From assembly GCF_009914755.1 (NCBI RefSeq), contig NC_060925.1: DNA of 64,000 bases; one strand, written 5' to 3'. The translations under genes were made by a program, and so were the position numbers. This DNA is from the human T2T-CHM13v2.0 reference genome, Homo sapiens. A model generated the notes under the pieces. That model was not told where the DNA came from. It made no database searches and saw only the letters and a program-made list of their open reading frames with translations. This document shows, one piece after another, positions 40,679 through 56,685 of the stretch; the stretch's first letter is position 1, and each line of letters opens with the position of its first letter.

Positions 40679-43600
40679 CTCTAAATGCTTTTCCACAGTA
40701 GATAAGCAGTTAATGTTGTCCCTAGCATATGACGATGATGCCAAAGCCCACAGTCAACAAGCAAAAGTTCTGAATCTTTTTTCAGGTCTGACAAAATATG
40801 TTGCTTATGAAATGATCTGATATATGGTACAATGAGGTCAGTTAACTTTCTAAACTTTCCTTATGATGCTTTTTAATTCTTTGTAAAAACTAACAGAAGT
40901 TTTACCAGAGTTTTTTTTGAAAAATAAATGTAAAACTATTATTTTTTGCAAAATAATAATATTTGCTTCTCGTATCTTCAAAACTCTTTCCAGGATATGG
41001 TATTTTCTTCATAAATTTCATTTGTTTTCTGCATATAAGATTACAAAGTTTCCTATATTTTTATAAATAAATGCTTTTAAAATATATATTACCCTTCCTT
41101 TGTAGATGAATAAATTAAAATATCCAGTAAATTGATTTTATAACCTTTAAGTCTCTAGAGATTATTTTTGTATTTATTTGAAAAAACGGTACTATTAAAA
41201 GTTTTTGTTTAATTTTTAATTTATTTCTTAATAAAACTTTTTGTTTTTTTATTTTTATTTAGAAAATTTCGTTATAAATTGTTCATATTAAAATAATATT
41301 TCTAAATGAAAGCGACTATCAGAATATTTTTAAAGCAGTTTTTTAGATTCTATCTGAATAATCAATTTGCCTGTTATTTCACCTATTTAAAATTTATAAA
41401 ACATTTACAAATTATTCTATAATTCATCATCTTCAGTAACTTATGAAGAATCACTCAAGTTAAGTTAAATGATGCATTGTGTTTTATTTTCCTGATCCAG
41501 ACATATCTACCTTTCAAAATATATTTCTTTATAATCATTCCTTTTTTGTCTTTTAATGTTTATGTCTACCTGCCATCCTATGTCCCACAATTCTTCCATC
41601 TTTAAAATTATCTTTTGCACATGTAGTTTTCTGTTTTTCTCAGCTTTTTATTCTTTTGCTAAAACTGATACAATACTCTAGCTCATTGTCAGAGCCCCTT
41701 GATGCTCATCACAGTAAAATTGTGCAAATGACCTCAAAAAACTTACTTCAGATAAGCATCTCAAATTTCTGATGTTTATGCAAATTTTATCCTAATTATC
41801 CAAAAGTTTTTAGAGTGGTGACCCCAGGAGTATGACCCTTGTCCATAAACATCTTCCAGTACTAATAGTCTCTAGAAGCCCTCTTTCTTCTTTCCTCCTA
41901 TGTAAATGGGAAAATACTGAACTTATGTGCACTTTAATGTTATTAAAAACCAGAACCAGTGGGGAGTCTTTGCAGAGGCTGATGAAATATTTCCAAACTA
42001 TTGAATAAGAAGAATATCTAGGACATCACCACCTCCATGTTACATTTAATACTAAATTTTCTAAAGAGGAGAAATAACCCTACTCTTACTTTAAGAGGTA
42101 GTATGTGTCCTTTTTTTTGACTCTGAAGACATTCACAGGATAAATATCAGCTTTTGCCATCATTTCTGAGGAGTTAGTTATCTGGAATTTGCTTTTGTAT
42201 TTCTAGAAAGTAATTATTTTAAAATATTTTAGAATACAATATGAATATAATTAGAATGTACCTATACTTCAAAAATAAAATTTTATTTGACAGGCTTTAT
42301 GCCTTTTTTTTAAACAAATAAGTTACAATTATATTTCACTGCATTAATGAATATTTCACAATTTTTTATGCAAATAGTATCCATTTGATGTACATACTTC
42401 CATATGAAATTGAAGATTTAACAAAATCACTAAAAAGTTACAAGTGAAAATAAGACTGTATTTCCCAAAAATGATTTTATATTTTAATATTAAATTAGTA
42501 CTGTGAATATTTTATCATGTTGTAAACAAGATTTTATATATTTATTATTATTTAATCTCAGTACTAGGAAAATTCAACTGGAAATACAGACAGGAGCTTT
42601 AATGTTTACTCAGCATTTTATTAAAGAAAATGCAAAGGCCAAAATTGTTCACTATAATGAATATGCTTTGCTGGCTAGAAAACAAAACCAAAATTCATGT
42701 TGGACTCTGAATATCGATTATCAAAACTAGCCAAGTTTATCAAACTTTTTAGTTGGATGACACACAGCGGTAACATACAGTTAAATGATTACCAAAACCA
42801 ATTATCTCATTCACTGAATTTGAAAAGCACATATATCAGATAAATGTGGAAAAGGGTCATTTTCATTGTCATTGAAATTATTATTTTCTAAGTCAAAATA
42901 TACCACCAATCATTTTATTTCATCTTTACGATTCTAAGCTTTATAAATTAGAATAAAACTTTGCCGGTCCCATAAAGTTGTTTCTCTAACAGTAGATATT
43001 TAAAAACCCTCTATGGAAGTATAAGTTGGAAATTGCCTGTTCAAAGAAATTTATGATTTTATTGCAGCTGCATATTGACTATTCCTCTAGTAACCTGCAG
43101 GCAGAAAGTTACAGTTTATTTATTTAAACTGCAAATGAAATTGGGCAAAAAGTAATTAGCAAGCAACAAATAAAACCGTAATGAAAAAGCACCATAAAAA
43201 CAGTTCAGAATTTATTGGGTTGTCAGACTGTTAGAAAATAACACTTTAATCTTAAAAAGTAGGAAATGCGTGTGTGTGTTTGTGTGTGTATTTACACCAG
43301 CTGTTTAAACACAGGCATAGATTTTGCAAAAGCAATAATTGGAAATATCAGCATTGTTCTTAAATTTTCAAATAATTTTAAATTCTTCTCATACATAATC
43401 TTAAGTATCTTATGTATAAGATAAATTTTATACTGAACAAAGTACTTTTAATTAAAGAGACAGAACTTGTTTGATTATTCTAGTTTTTTGAAATGTTGGT
43501 GATAGATTTTATACACTCTAAAGATTGTAACATTGCATAACCCACCAAGCTAATGCATATATTTAGGAAAACCAAACCAAACAAAACAAAACAAAACAAA

Positions 43601-43945
43601 TCAATGAAGGTATCTTTATTAGCCCCAGTTAAAAAATAATAATGGCACTGTTGTCTGGGTTGTAGCATTTTGTGACATGAAGAAAATTTTTGAATCTTCC
43701 TGGAAAAGAAAAGTCATATGTTATTGAACAATTTGTTTAAAGTAATACATATATTAGTCATGGAATTATCAACACAAATACACGATGAAAAGAACAGAAA
43801 TAGTCTGAGTAAAGCTTAATAATTAGTCCATTATCTACTGATAAAGTAACATCTTAAACAAAGAAAATTTAAAGATTCTGTGACCTCAGGTTACAGGCAA
43901 AACCAATTTAGAGCACAACTAGATCAGTTTACTTAAAGCTATTTT

Positions 43946-44096
43946 AGGTTTAGCATGATGGCTCCCTGCAATCCCAGCACTTTGGGAGGCTGAGGCAGGA
44001 GGATCACTTAAGGCCAGGAGTTAGAGGTTGCAGTAAATCCTGATGTGGCCACCTCACTCCTGTTTGGACATCACAAAAAAAAAAAAAAAAAAAAAA
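43946..44096 (+). mobile_element. Alu monomer (FRAM-like or left/right-arm recombinant)
   Basis: ~130-bp body plus A22 tail. Confidence 0.8.
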
Positions 44097-44358
44097 GACG
44101 ATGACTTAGAAAACAAACAAACAAGCAAAAGGTAGTTTATTCAATTCATCCTGTTTTCCTCAGCATCTTAATGACAACAGAAATTCCTAAAAGAGTTTTT
44201 GGGAAATGTCAAAACTTCTTGGCCTGGTAATTGGGTAATTTGAAAATTTCCCAGCTGTACTTTTTTTTCCCCCAAAACATATTATATTAATCTCTATTGG
44301 AAAATCAAACTTTGTTTAGTTATCTGTGTGAATAATCTTTAAGATTGACCCTATACTG

Positions 44359-44697
44359 CAGCATTCCCCAACCTTTTTGGCACCAGAGACCAGTTTCCTG
44401 GAAGACAGTTTTTCCACATACGGGGCTTGTGTGGGGAGTGGTTTTGGGATAAAACTGTTCCACCTCAGATCATCAGGCATTAGATTCTAACAAGAAGTGC
44501 ACAACCTGGATTCCTCACATTCGCAGTTCACAATAAGATTCCTACTCCTATGAGAATTGAATGCCGCTCCTGTTCTGACAGGAGGCAGAGCTCAGGAAGC
44601 AATACTCCCTGGCCCGCCATTTACTTTGCTGTGAGGCCGGGTTCTTAACAGGCCATGGGCGTGTACTGGTTTGTGGCCCTGGGGTTGAGGACCCCTG
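44359..44697 (+). mobile_element. MER1B (hAT-Charlie MITE)
   Basis: TIRs cagcattccccaacc / ggttgaggacccctg; 8-bp TSD CTATACTG/CTATACAG. Confidence 0.93.
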
Positions 44698-44809
44698 CTA
44701 TACAGTACCTCACACATTTGCATTTTTGCTTTTGGTATTTTTTTTCCTGGAAGATTCTCTATCTTTTCATCTTCTATGTGAACATAATATGAGAATGAGC
44801 CTCGATTCC

Positions 44810-45360
44810 TGTGATGTTTAATATTGATTGTCAATTTGATTGGATTGAAGGATGCAAAGTAGTGTTCCTGGGTATGTCTGTGAGGGTGTTGCCAAATGAG
44901 ATTAACTTTGAGTCAGTGGACTGGAAGAGGCAGACCCACCCTCAATCTGGGTGGGTATCATCTAATCAGCTGCCAGTGTGGCTAGGATAAAAGAGGAAAA
45001 GGAAAATGGAAGGCCTAGACTGGCAGCTAAGTCTTCTGTCTTCCATCTTCCTTCCATGCCAGATGCTTCCTGCCCTCGAACATCGGACTGCAAGTTCTTC
45101 AACTTTTGGACTCTAGGACCTACACCAGTGGTTTGCCAGGGGCCCCCTGGCCTTTGGCCACAGACTGAGGGCTACACTGTTAGCTTCCATATTTTTGAGG
45201 TTTTGGGACTCAGACTGGCTTCCTTGCTCCTCAGCTTGCAGACGGCCTATTGTGGGACATCACCTTGTGATCATGTGAGTCAATACTCCTTAGTAAGTTC
45301 CCTTTTATATATACGTCTATCCTATTAGTACTGTCCCTCTAGAGAACCCTGACTAATGCA
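44810..45360 (+). mobile_element. MLT2A2-like solo LTR (HERV-L)
   Basis: tgtgatg...ttgattggattgaaggatgcaaag...gagaaccctgactaatgca, 551 bp; perfect 5-bp TSD ATTCC. Confidence 0.92.
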
Positions 45361-45978
45361 ATTCCATATCTGTGAAATCTTTTGTCTACTAAAAGACCTA
45401 AAATATCTTCTTCATTAAATCGATAAGCATATCATTTATACATATTGTTTTGCATCAGTGAAATAAACAAAATGAGCACAACTCAGAAGCTGGTAAGAGG
45501 AGGGAGTCCGGCAAGTTAAACATAATTAAGATGTACTAATACAGGTGATGTAACAGAAGCAGGAGCCCAATACTTTAGGATCATTTGAGAGAGAATGTGG
45601 GACTTGACTTCTAAGAGAAGACATATGAAAGTGGTTCAAATCCTTATTCATTTATCAGAAACCCCCAAATTATCTGCTGATCAACAGACTTTCCTTTTGC
45701 AGCGGAAATCATTCTTCTGTGCAATACTCTGTGCATTCATAGTGCTTAAAGCATATTTGTTGGATAAATCACAACTCATAATAGTATATTGATTTTAACA
45801 GAATATCCATACTTGTCTCACCAGCAATTCGACTGTCCAGACGTCTCTACATTTCTGAGCTTTTCTGCTGTTTGCCTTCGTCTCATGTACTTAGAAATTT
45901 GAAGACATTTTAAAGGTATGCTCAGCAGAATGTGAGACACTAAGTTCATCGTTTCTTTCCACTGCAATTCCGGCTTAC

Positions 45979-46035
45979 CAAGTATCTTGCATGGATGTTC
46001 AATTTCTTGCAATGGGTAAAGAGTCTGAAAATGCC
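45979..46035 (-). other. Candidate 57-nt exon
   Basis: Minus strand: acceptor gttcctttttccttcAG, donor TTG|GTAAGC; in non-repeat DNA; no recognisable protein. Confidence 0.4.
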
Positions 46036-47426
46036 CTGAAGGAAAAAGGAACAGCTGGTTGACTTCCTGAGTGTTGTCCTGCTTCTCCAAGATTTTGTCC
46101 CCTCAAGACCTGTCTTTTCATTAATTCTTCAGTGCCCCTTAGGTTGCTCCTCTTCCTCCTTGCTTTGTTTCCTGTTTTTTAATTTTTATTTTAAAATTTA
46201 ATTTTTTTTTTTTCTATTTCCCCAAGAACTAGGGGTGCATGGGTCTGATTTTAAGTGCTCCATCAAAGATGGAAGAGGAAGTCCAAAAGTACTTGACTTT
46301 GAATTCATGCAGAAACAAATTAACATTCCATTATAGGGTTTACTGTGAAAGTAACTTACTCTTTTTTTAACAGTGCAAAATCCTTTACTTATAATTTACA
46401 AATTGTAATTGAAGGTATATTATTTTAGTCACATATGTGAAAAATGCTTAGCACGTGACTCAATAAATTTAAAAAAACTAAATAAATACCCTTTTTTGAA
46501 TGAAATATTTAATAAAATGCATAAGTTACTGAAAAACATGTAATTACAGTTCAAAATGTATTTTAAAGCAAATACATTTTTAGGTAAGAAAACTGGATAA
46601 AACAATTTATTCAACACACAACTTACAGAAATGAAGGATGAGAATCTTCTTTAAAAAAACCTTTATACAACAAGCAGCTGCAAGTATGTATTTGAACTAA
46701 AGTTGATGATGTGATTTCTTTTGTAATACCATACTGTTATTTTCTAAATGGTAGATAAAAAAAAATTCTGTAAAAAGGGATAAATTAAGTATACCAGTTC
46801 AATTTTATTACTTTTCAACTTATCTGGAAATGATCTGTAGTTTCCTCAGTATAGCATCCTATTGATACAGCATTCATTCTTTACTGAAACTATAATAACC
46901 ATGTTTGGCTTTTGTATTATGCTGGGAGAAGTGAATACTAACTATATTATGCTATCATACTGTGAAAAATCCCTTAACACATATGCGTGCATGAATTTGC
47001 TTTCTACTGTAGCAAAATTAGTTTGACAAAAGCATCTTTGAAGAAGGCAGCTTGTGATTTATTTCTGCTTTTATGGTAATGTTGCCCCTCACCTGATGTA
47101 TACAAACAATTATATATCAATATACCTGACAAAAGACAAATATGACTTTGTAAAAAATTCTGGAAGGAGAAGTAACATAGTCAAAATCATTTCTATTTTC
47201 AATGAACATTATGAAATCAGGAATTCTTTCATAGTGCTGACAAAGGAGAAAACTGTAAGACAATTTGAGAAAACAATTTATTGGGAATGTAATGATTTCA
47301 TTGAATACCTGTGGTATTAAAAGTTTAATATTTACAATTTTTTAACATTGAAACATGAGATTTATAATTTAAATACATTAGAATTTAGTTAATGTGACTG
47401 GTATGTAATTACCATTTAAAAAATCT

Positions 47427-47737
47427 AGATGGCACATCTATGCACCACTAAATTCAGCATTTAAATGCCAAAAGTTTCTGACTTAGGATGTTCTGACATG
47501 GTTTTTCTATTTTATGATGGGTTTATCAGGATATAACCCCATCATAAATCAAGGAGCTCCTAAGGACTTCCCATGGAGCTATGGTTTTTACTAAATATGT
47601 ATGGCTTTCACACCATTGTAAAGTTAAAAAATCATTTAAATAGCTGTATTGCCAGCACTAATGCATTTTTGACTTAATGATACTTTTGACTTATGGGTTT
47701 ATAAGGCATAACCCCATTTTAAGTTAAAGAGCATCTC
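47427..47737. mobile_element. MER47B/Tigger5-type MITE
   Basis: Two copies of the MER47 subterminal motif atgggtttat.agg.ataaccccat; end gagcatct. Confidence 0.75.
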
Positions 47738-48577
47738 ATATTTTAAACTTCATTTTTTAACTTGGTAGCCTTCATAGGGTTCATAAATTTATATATAAGT
47801 GTAACAAGAAAAAAATCATTCAAAATACAGGCCATTCTACACCATTAAGTTTTCTCTGTTCTCAGATTTGAATCATTTCCATTTAGATCTGTGCTTTTGC
47901 CACAGACATCTTCATTGTTGAGCTAATGAAGTTAACTTTCTTGCCCTCACACTCAGTGACATTTCCCTTTTACACTTTGTTGTCATTTTGTTTTGAAGAG
48001 GTATAACAATTACTTGAGGAGAGAGACATAGATATAGAATTTTTTACAGTAAAAGTCATATGAATACAGTTGTGAGAACAACTTGCAGACCACTGAAAAA
48101 TCTCAAAACTACCTTCTCATTACTGATCACATAAGCTTTACAGATTCTCATGTTGTTTATTCTTATTTTCTTTCCTGTTATGTAAAGGTAACAAAGGAAT
48201 TTTCTTTCTCATGATATAATTTACAATACAATGTTCCCTGTTAATGAGATCAGTTTGTTGTCCTTTGTCATCTGTTTCATTATTGAGGAAAAACTAAAGA
48301 AATGACTATAACATAATCCTCTCTGAATTTTCCTCTTTTAAATTTTTGGCATGATACATCAACTTCTAATTATCTTCTATATGCCAGGCCAATCTACAGC
48401 TTAGGCTTACCCAAGCATTTTTCCTCAGACTTGAGAGAGTTATTTTAATGCCATATACTTTTAATATCTTTCAGAAACGTCTCTAGAATCTACATTTTAA
48501 TTTTAATTGAAAATTTAATCAATAGTGGTTCTACAGTTCTAGCTGTTCATGATCGCTTATGTAACAAACATACCCTG

Positions 48578-49050
<473 letters not shown>

Positions 49051-50647
49051 TTAAAAACTGTCAGGGTGTTTAGTACCCAAGAAGTTCTTTCTGCTGCTAC
49101 TTCTATTTCCTTACCTGCACTAAGTATTGATGCTTTCCTGTTTAAATAAACTTGTATGTGTTAACGTAATTTCTGCAGGAACGCTGAATATCTATGATTC
49201 ACAATGCTACATCTTCAGGACCTAAGTAGGGAATATTAAGTTTTACAGTAGAAACTTAACCAGTAGTTGCTAGATAAATCAATTTTTAAAGAATAATTGT
49301 ATCACTTATAAATTGAAAATGAATTACTCATGACAAAGCTTCCAGTGATATATTTAACGAAGAGATTTTGTCTAATTCTGCAAATTACATACAAAGCTGC
49401 TAATTTGTCTTCACTGGTGAAATATCATGTAAAGAAAGAGGAATTACAATTGTCACCAGAATCTGCTTCAACACATACAATGTCTGGTGGGCATTTATTT
49501 AGTTTTACAAAACCAGCGGGACACACTTGAGAATTTCGGTTACCAAATTATCTTCACTGTGATCATTGTAAAAGGCCATTTGGTTTAGTTCATTACACAC
49601 ACAAAAAACTGAGCCTGTGGAGTTTTTCAATTATCTCAAGATTCCATCTGCAACATATTGGTCTGAAAATATATTGAGCAATATCTGTTGGAAAGTTTTC
49701 TCCAAATCATTTTAGACTTTTTAGAATGTCAAGGTCACTGTTTTAAACAGTACAAAGGTAGTAAGTACGAAAACACAAAGAAAGGCAATTTCAGTGTTTC
49801 TTTAGATTTTTGTGGTTTTGAGGGGAAAAAAGGAGGGGGAGTGGGTCAAAGGAAAAAATGTCATTTTGAGGTGACTCTGGGTTTTAACATGACAGAAAAT
49901 GAGCCATCCCCCAAATGACATGGTCTCTTTACACTAAAATAAAATATAAGCAGGTGAGGTCAGAGTAGAGTTTAAAATGGCAAGAGACATAAGATTCTTC
50001 TTGTTTTGCAAGTACTACTAGATTAAGTGAGGTCATAGCAGCTGAGTTTTCATTAGCAATTTAAACTATGATTTAAAAAAGTTAGTGAGCATGTGAGTAT
50101 GTTTAATATTTCTTGCATAACATTCCAGTCTATGCGATGCTACAGAAGAATTTTCTTGTTTGTAAGAGAGTTAACCCTATTATTCATACTGATAAATTTT
50201 GTAAACTACATAAAGCAACCTTTGTTCTTTTTAGCAGAAAAAAATGTCCAGTTAACCAAATCTGTCACTTTACTTTCACAGTAACAGACTTCCTTGTTTT
50301 CATTTATATTATCTAATGTATATTAGAGTTTTTTTCACTCCTCTTCTCTTAGATTTTATAAATATTTAATTGCTAATTATGCCTTCACTGCATTATTTTC
50401 TTTTTTCCTGTGATTTTTTCATTTCCCCTTTTAAACTTTTCCAATTATTTTCCAGGTTTTATCATATTCATGTTTAAAAACATTTCTGTGGCATTATCTT
50501 TGTCTTTCATCCTGTAAGATTCTTAGAGGTATCGTTAAATAGAAACAGAAATATGTTTTGCATTATTTAAAAAAGAAACAAACTGTGGCAGAAAGGAGTG
50601 GTTGAATTCAGCAGTGAACCCGTGAGGGATGCAAAATTATATGTAGC

Positions 50648-51046
50648 TGTGATGTCTAATCCAAGCATCACTTAAGTAAGCTAAAGGATCCTAGATAGAC
50701 GGTAAAATATTATTTCTGGTGTCTGTCTATGAGGGAATTTCTGGAAGACATTAGCATTTGCATCAGTAAACTTAGTAAAAGAAATCTACACTCACCAAAT
50801 GAGGGCAGACATCATCAAGTTGTTGAAGGCCTGAACAGAACAAAAAGATTTTAAAAAGAGAACATTTTTTCTCCCTTTTTGAGTTAGGACATCAATATTC
50901 TCCTACTCTTAGACAGCTGAGATCCTGGATCTTGAGATTTCAGACTCAAATCAAATGATACCACCAGCTTTCCTGGTCCTCTAGCAGATGATAGATCTTA
51001 GCAATTCTCAGTCTCCATAATTGGGTAAGCCAATCCTCACAATAAA

Positions 51047-51081
<35 letters not shown>

Positions 51082-51200
51082 ATCTATCATCTATCTCATC
51101 TATCTGTCTATCATCTGTCTAATCTACCTATCATCTATCTATCTATTTTCTATTTATCTATCATTCTGGTTCTGATTCCCTGGAGAACACTGACTAATTT
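50648..51200 (+). mobile_element. MLT2 (B/D-like) HERV-L LTR containing a (TCTA)n expansion
   Basis: tgtgatg...gaaggcctgaacagaacaaaaag...ccctggagaacactgactaat. Confidence 0.85.
51050..51161. repeat. Compound (TCTA)n microsatellite
   Basis: Direct reading. Confidence 0.95.
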
Positions 51201-51334
51201 AGTAATCAGACAATGCATCTTCTCCTCTTTCCAAGCATCCTTGCTTCCCTGTCTTTCAAGCCCAGAGTGATCTTGTAACCTTTTAGCTTGCCACATGCTA
51301 CTTGGGAATTGGTTACCACTTTCAGACTTTAGAG

Positions 51335-51343
51335 AGATAGATG

Positions 51344-51383
<40 letters not shown>

Positions 51384-51415
51384 CATAGATAGATAGATAA
51401 TGTGTGTGTGTGTGT
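51335..51415. repeat. (GATA)n microsatellite followed by short (TG)n
   Basis: Direct reading. Confidence 0.96.
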
Positions 51416-51877
51416 TTATTTCTTCCTATAAATACATAAAGCTTCATTATTAAAGGGGTATTTATTGCTTTTGTTTTTGTAAGGACAAGTTATGTAGTTC
51501 AAATCACCAAAACAGGACTTCAGCTAGATGGTCACTGTGTTATTAGATACATTTTTTTTCTTAGAATATGGATTCACTTACTCAAATTCTTTTTGCAAAA
51601 TAGCTCATTGACATCAAGAAAACTGCTTATTCTTTGACCTCCACCCTTCTTCATGACCCCTCACTTTCATCATGCATCACTTAAAATTATTTCTTTGCAA
51701 ATGCTCTTTAATGGTCTTTACTTTTTTCTTTCTGCTTTATATTCAACTAAGAAAGAAACAACAATGGTTAAACTTAACTACCCACTTACTCTACATAACC
51801 TACATGCACAGGGCTGAATCTATTTGGACAAAGCTTATAGTTTTGCTGATAGATTCAATGTTATGAACACAACTTCT

Positions 51878-52100
51878 TTATTTTATTTTATTTTATTTTA
51901 TTTTATTTTATTATTATTATACTTTAAGTTTTAGGGTACATGTGCACAATGTGCAGGTTAGTTACATATGTATACATGTGCCATGCTGGTGTGTTGCACC
52001 CATTAACTCGTCATTTAGCATTAGGTATATCTCCTAAAGCTATCCCTCCCCCATCCCCCCACTCCACAACAGTCTCCAGAGTGTGATGTTCCCCTTCCTG
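51878..52100 (-). mobile_element. 5'-truncated L1PA3-like insertion (223 bp)
   Basis: L1PA 3'UTR with (TTTTA)n tail; 14-bp TSD tgaacacaacttct at 51864-51877 and 52101-52114. Confidence 0.95.
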
Positions 52101-52980
52101 TGAACACAACTTCTAAAGTAAACATAAAAGGACTTGAAATACTGTTACAAATTCTAAGTTTGTCACTCACCAGGATTTTTTTTAACTATGTCTTCTCTTC
52201 TCAAACATCCAGTAACTCTCTACTTTCCTCTACTCCTTAGCAAAAATGTCACCCCTATTGAGAGCCCTTCTTTATCCACCAATTAAAGCCATTTCCCACC
52301 ACCACTTGCTGCCCAGTTATATTCAATTAATTTATATTTTAGAGCCAGAAATGGATAAGCTGAAATTATCTCATTTGTAGGAGACAGGATTTAAACCCAG
52401 CACTGGGCTTATTATATTTTAGTATGCTGCATTAATTCTTCCCTCACAACACAACTAATGAAGTTCAGTTTCCTAAACTTTCTACATCTACTAATAATAA
52501 AATATACAAACTATTACATGATTTTATTATCAACTGAAACTATTAAAAGACAGTTGTTTTATTGCAGAGACTTGATTTCTATCTAAATTATAAAACATAT
52601 GCTAACTACAAAATTCCCTTAAAAAGCTCTGACATTCCTACACGTCTGATTTAAAATATAACAGGTCCTTTGAAAAAAAATTGAAAAAACTTTTGGGAAA
52701 TAAAAGTTATTCACCCTTTTTTTATAAACACAAATAAAGCAGCTTGATCCAGACCATTGGTGAGAAATTGAATATAACTGAGGAACACAATTTTCTCATT
52801 TTTAATAGAACGTCTGTAGACTTAATTGTTAGAACACCTTAATGGCATAAATGTAATAATTTAGCAGTAAAAATTTCACTTTAAATTCAAAATGACATTT
52901 TTAGAAAAGATGATTTATCATTAGATTTCTGCTTGAGCTTCCAAAAAAAGAAGAAATGCATGAGATAGTCAATCTATTAC

Positions 52981-53255
52981 CATCCCAGTGCATTGGGAGT
53001 CTGAGATTGGAGGACTGCTTGAGGTCAGGAGTTCAAGATCAGCCCGGACAACATAGCTTGACCCCATCTCTACATTTCTTTTTTATTAGCTAGGCATGGT
53101 CCCCTGCACCTGTAGTAACTCCTCTGGAGGCTTGGGAGGGAGGATCACTTGAGCCCAGAAGGTTAAGGCTGCTGTGAGCTATGATTGGATCACTGCACTC
53201 CAGCCTGGGTGACAGTGTGACTCTGTCTCTAAAAAATAAATAAATAAATAAATGT
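52981..53255 (+). mobile_element. AluJ, 5'-truncated
   Basis: J-type arms; T-rich linker; (AAAT)n tail. Confidence 0.9.
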
Positions 53256-53449
53256 AAAATAAAGCTATTATCAAATGCCACCCACAAGCCAAAGAAACAA
53301 CTAAAAAGTTGGCATAGACAATGAGTAGGACAATATGTTCTCTTTGTAGCTTCATTTTCAGTTTTTTAAAAAATGATTTGTTATATAATATTTTCAATCC
53401 CCAAAAGCTTGTATTTTAGCGGATATTTGGATACCATAGTTAAAACTTT

Positions 53450-53610
53450 TGTTGTATTACCAGAATATGACAAATGCAGGATGAAGTTTGAATTTCAGAT
53501 CTGTCATTTATTCTCTTTGACAAGTAATTAATCTTATGCTTAAGAGGGCTAGTGAGAGAACAAATTAGATAAATTATGTAGTATAAATAGTCTGGTATAA
53601 CAACTTGTTG
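53450..53610 (+). mobile_element. MIR fragment
   Basis: gtttgaatttcagatctgtcattta...tttgacaagtaattaatctt...gtgagagaacaaattagataa. Confidence 0.55.
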
Positions 53611-53689
53611 ATAAATCAAGACAATAATTTACCTCCCAATTTGACTGTATTCTCTGTGGAACCCATGAGAATTTTAAATCCTTCCTTTT

Positions 53690-56212
<2,523 letters not shown>

Positions 56213-56215
56213 ACA

Positions 56216-56425
56216 GTATGGACTGAATTGTTTTCCCCACAATCCATATGTTGAATCCCTAACCCCCAATGTGACTGTATTAAAGATGAGTTATTTAAGG
56301 AAATAATTCAAGTTAAATGGGGTCATAAAAGTGAGACACTGATTCCATAGGACAGGTGTGCTCATAAGAAGAGGACACACTAGAATTTACTCTCTCTTTT
56401 CTAAAGCACACAGGAAAGGAAATAA
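56216..56425 (+). mobile_element. MLT1A-like LTR, 5' half
   Basis: tatggactgaattg...catatgttgaatccctaacccccaatgtgactgtatt...ataagaagagga. Confidence 0.82.
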
Positions 56426-56429
56426 TGAT

Positions 56430-56685
56430 GGATATGTATTGGATTTGTGTCCTTGCCCAAATTGTATGTCATATTGTGATCCCTAATGTTGGAGGAGAGG
56501 TCTGGTGGGAGGCGATTGGACTATGGGGGCAGATTTTCCCCTTGTTCTCATGACAGTGAATTCTCATGAGATCCAGTTGTTTAGAAGTGTGTATCACCTC
56601 AGCCCACTCCCTCTTTCTTCAGCTCCAGGCATGTAGGACACAGCTGCTTCCACTTTGCCTTCTGCCATGATTGTAAGTCTCCCTC
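56430..56685 (+). mobile_element. MSTA-like LTR, 3'-truncated
   Basis: gatatg..ttggatttgtgtcc...ggtgggaggcgattgga...gccttctgccatgattgtaagt. Confidence 0.85.

Noticed and set aside
40728-40792. Possible C/D-box snoRNA (gatgatg...ctga)
   Set aside because: C box is imperfect and there is no terminal stem.
44978-45328. 116-aa ORF
   Set aside because: Entirely inside the MLT2A LTR with a GTG start; chance ORF.
45818-46090. 90-aa minus-strand ORF as a single-exon CDS
   Set aside because: Non-ATG (TTG) start and no homology recognised; the internal splice signals are a better explanation.
53075-53084. T-rich linker in AluJ suggesting an inversion
   Set aside because: A-to-T drift of the linker is common in old Alus.
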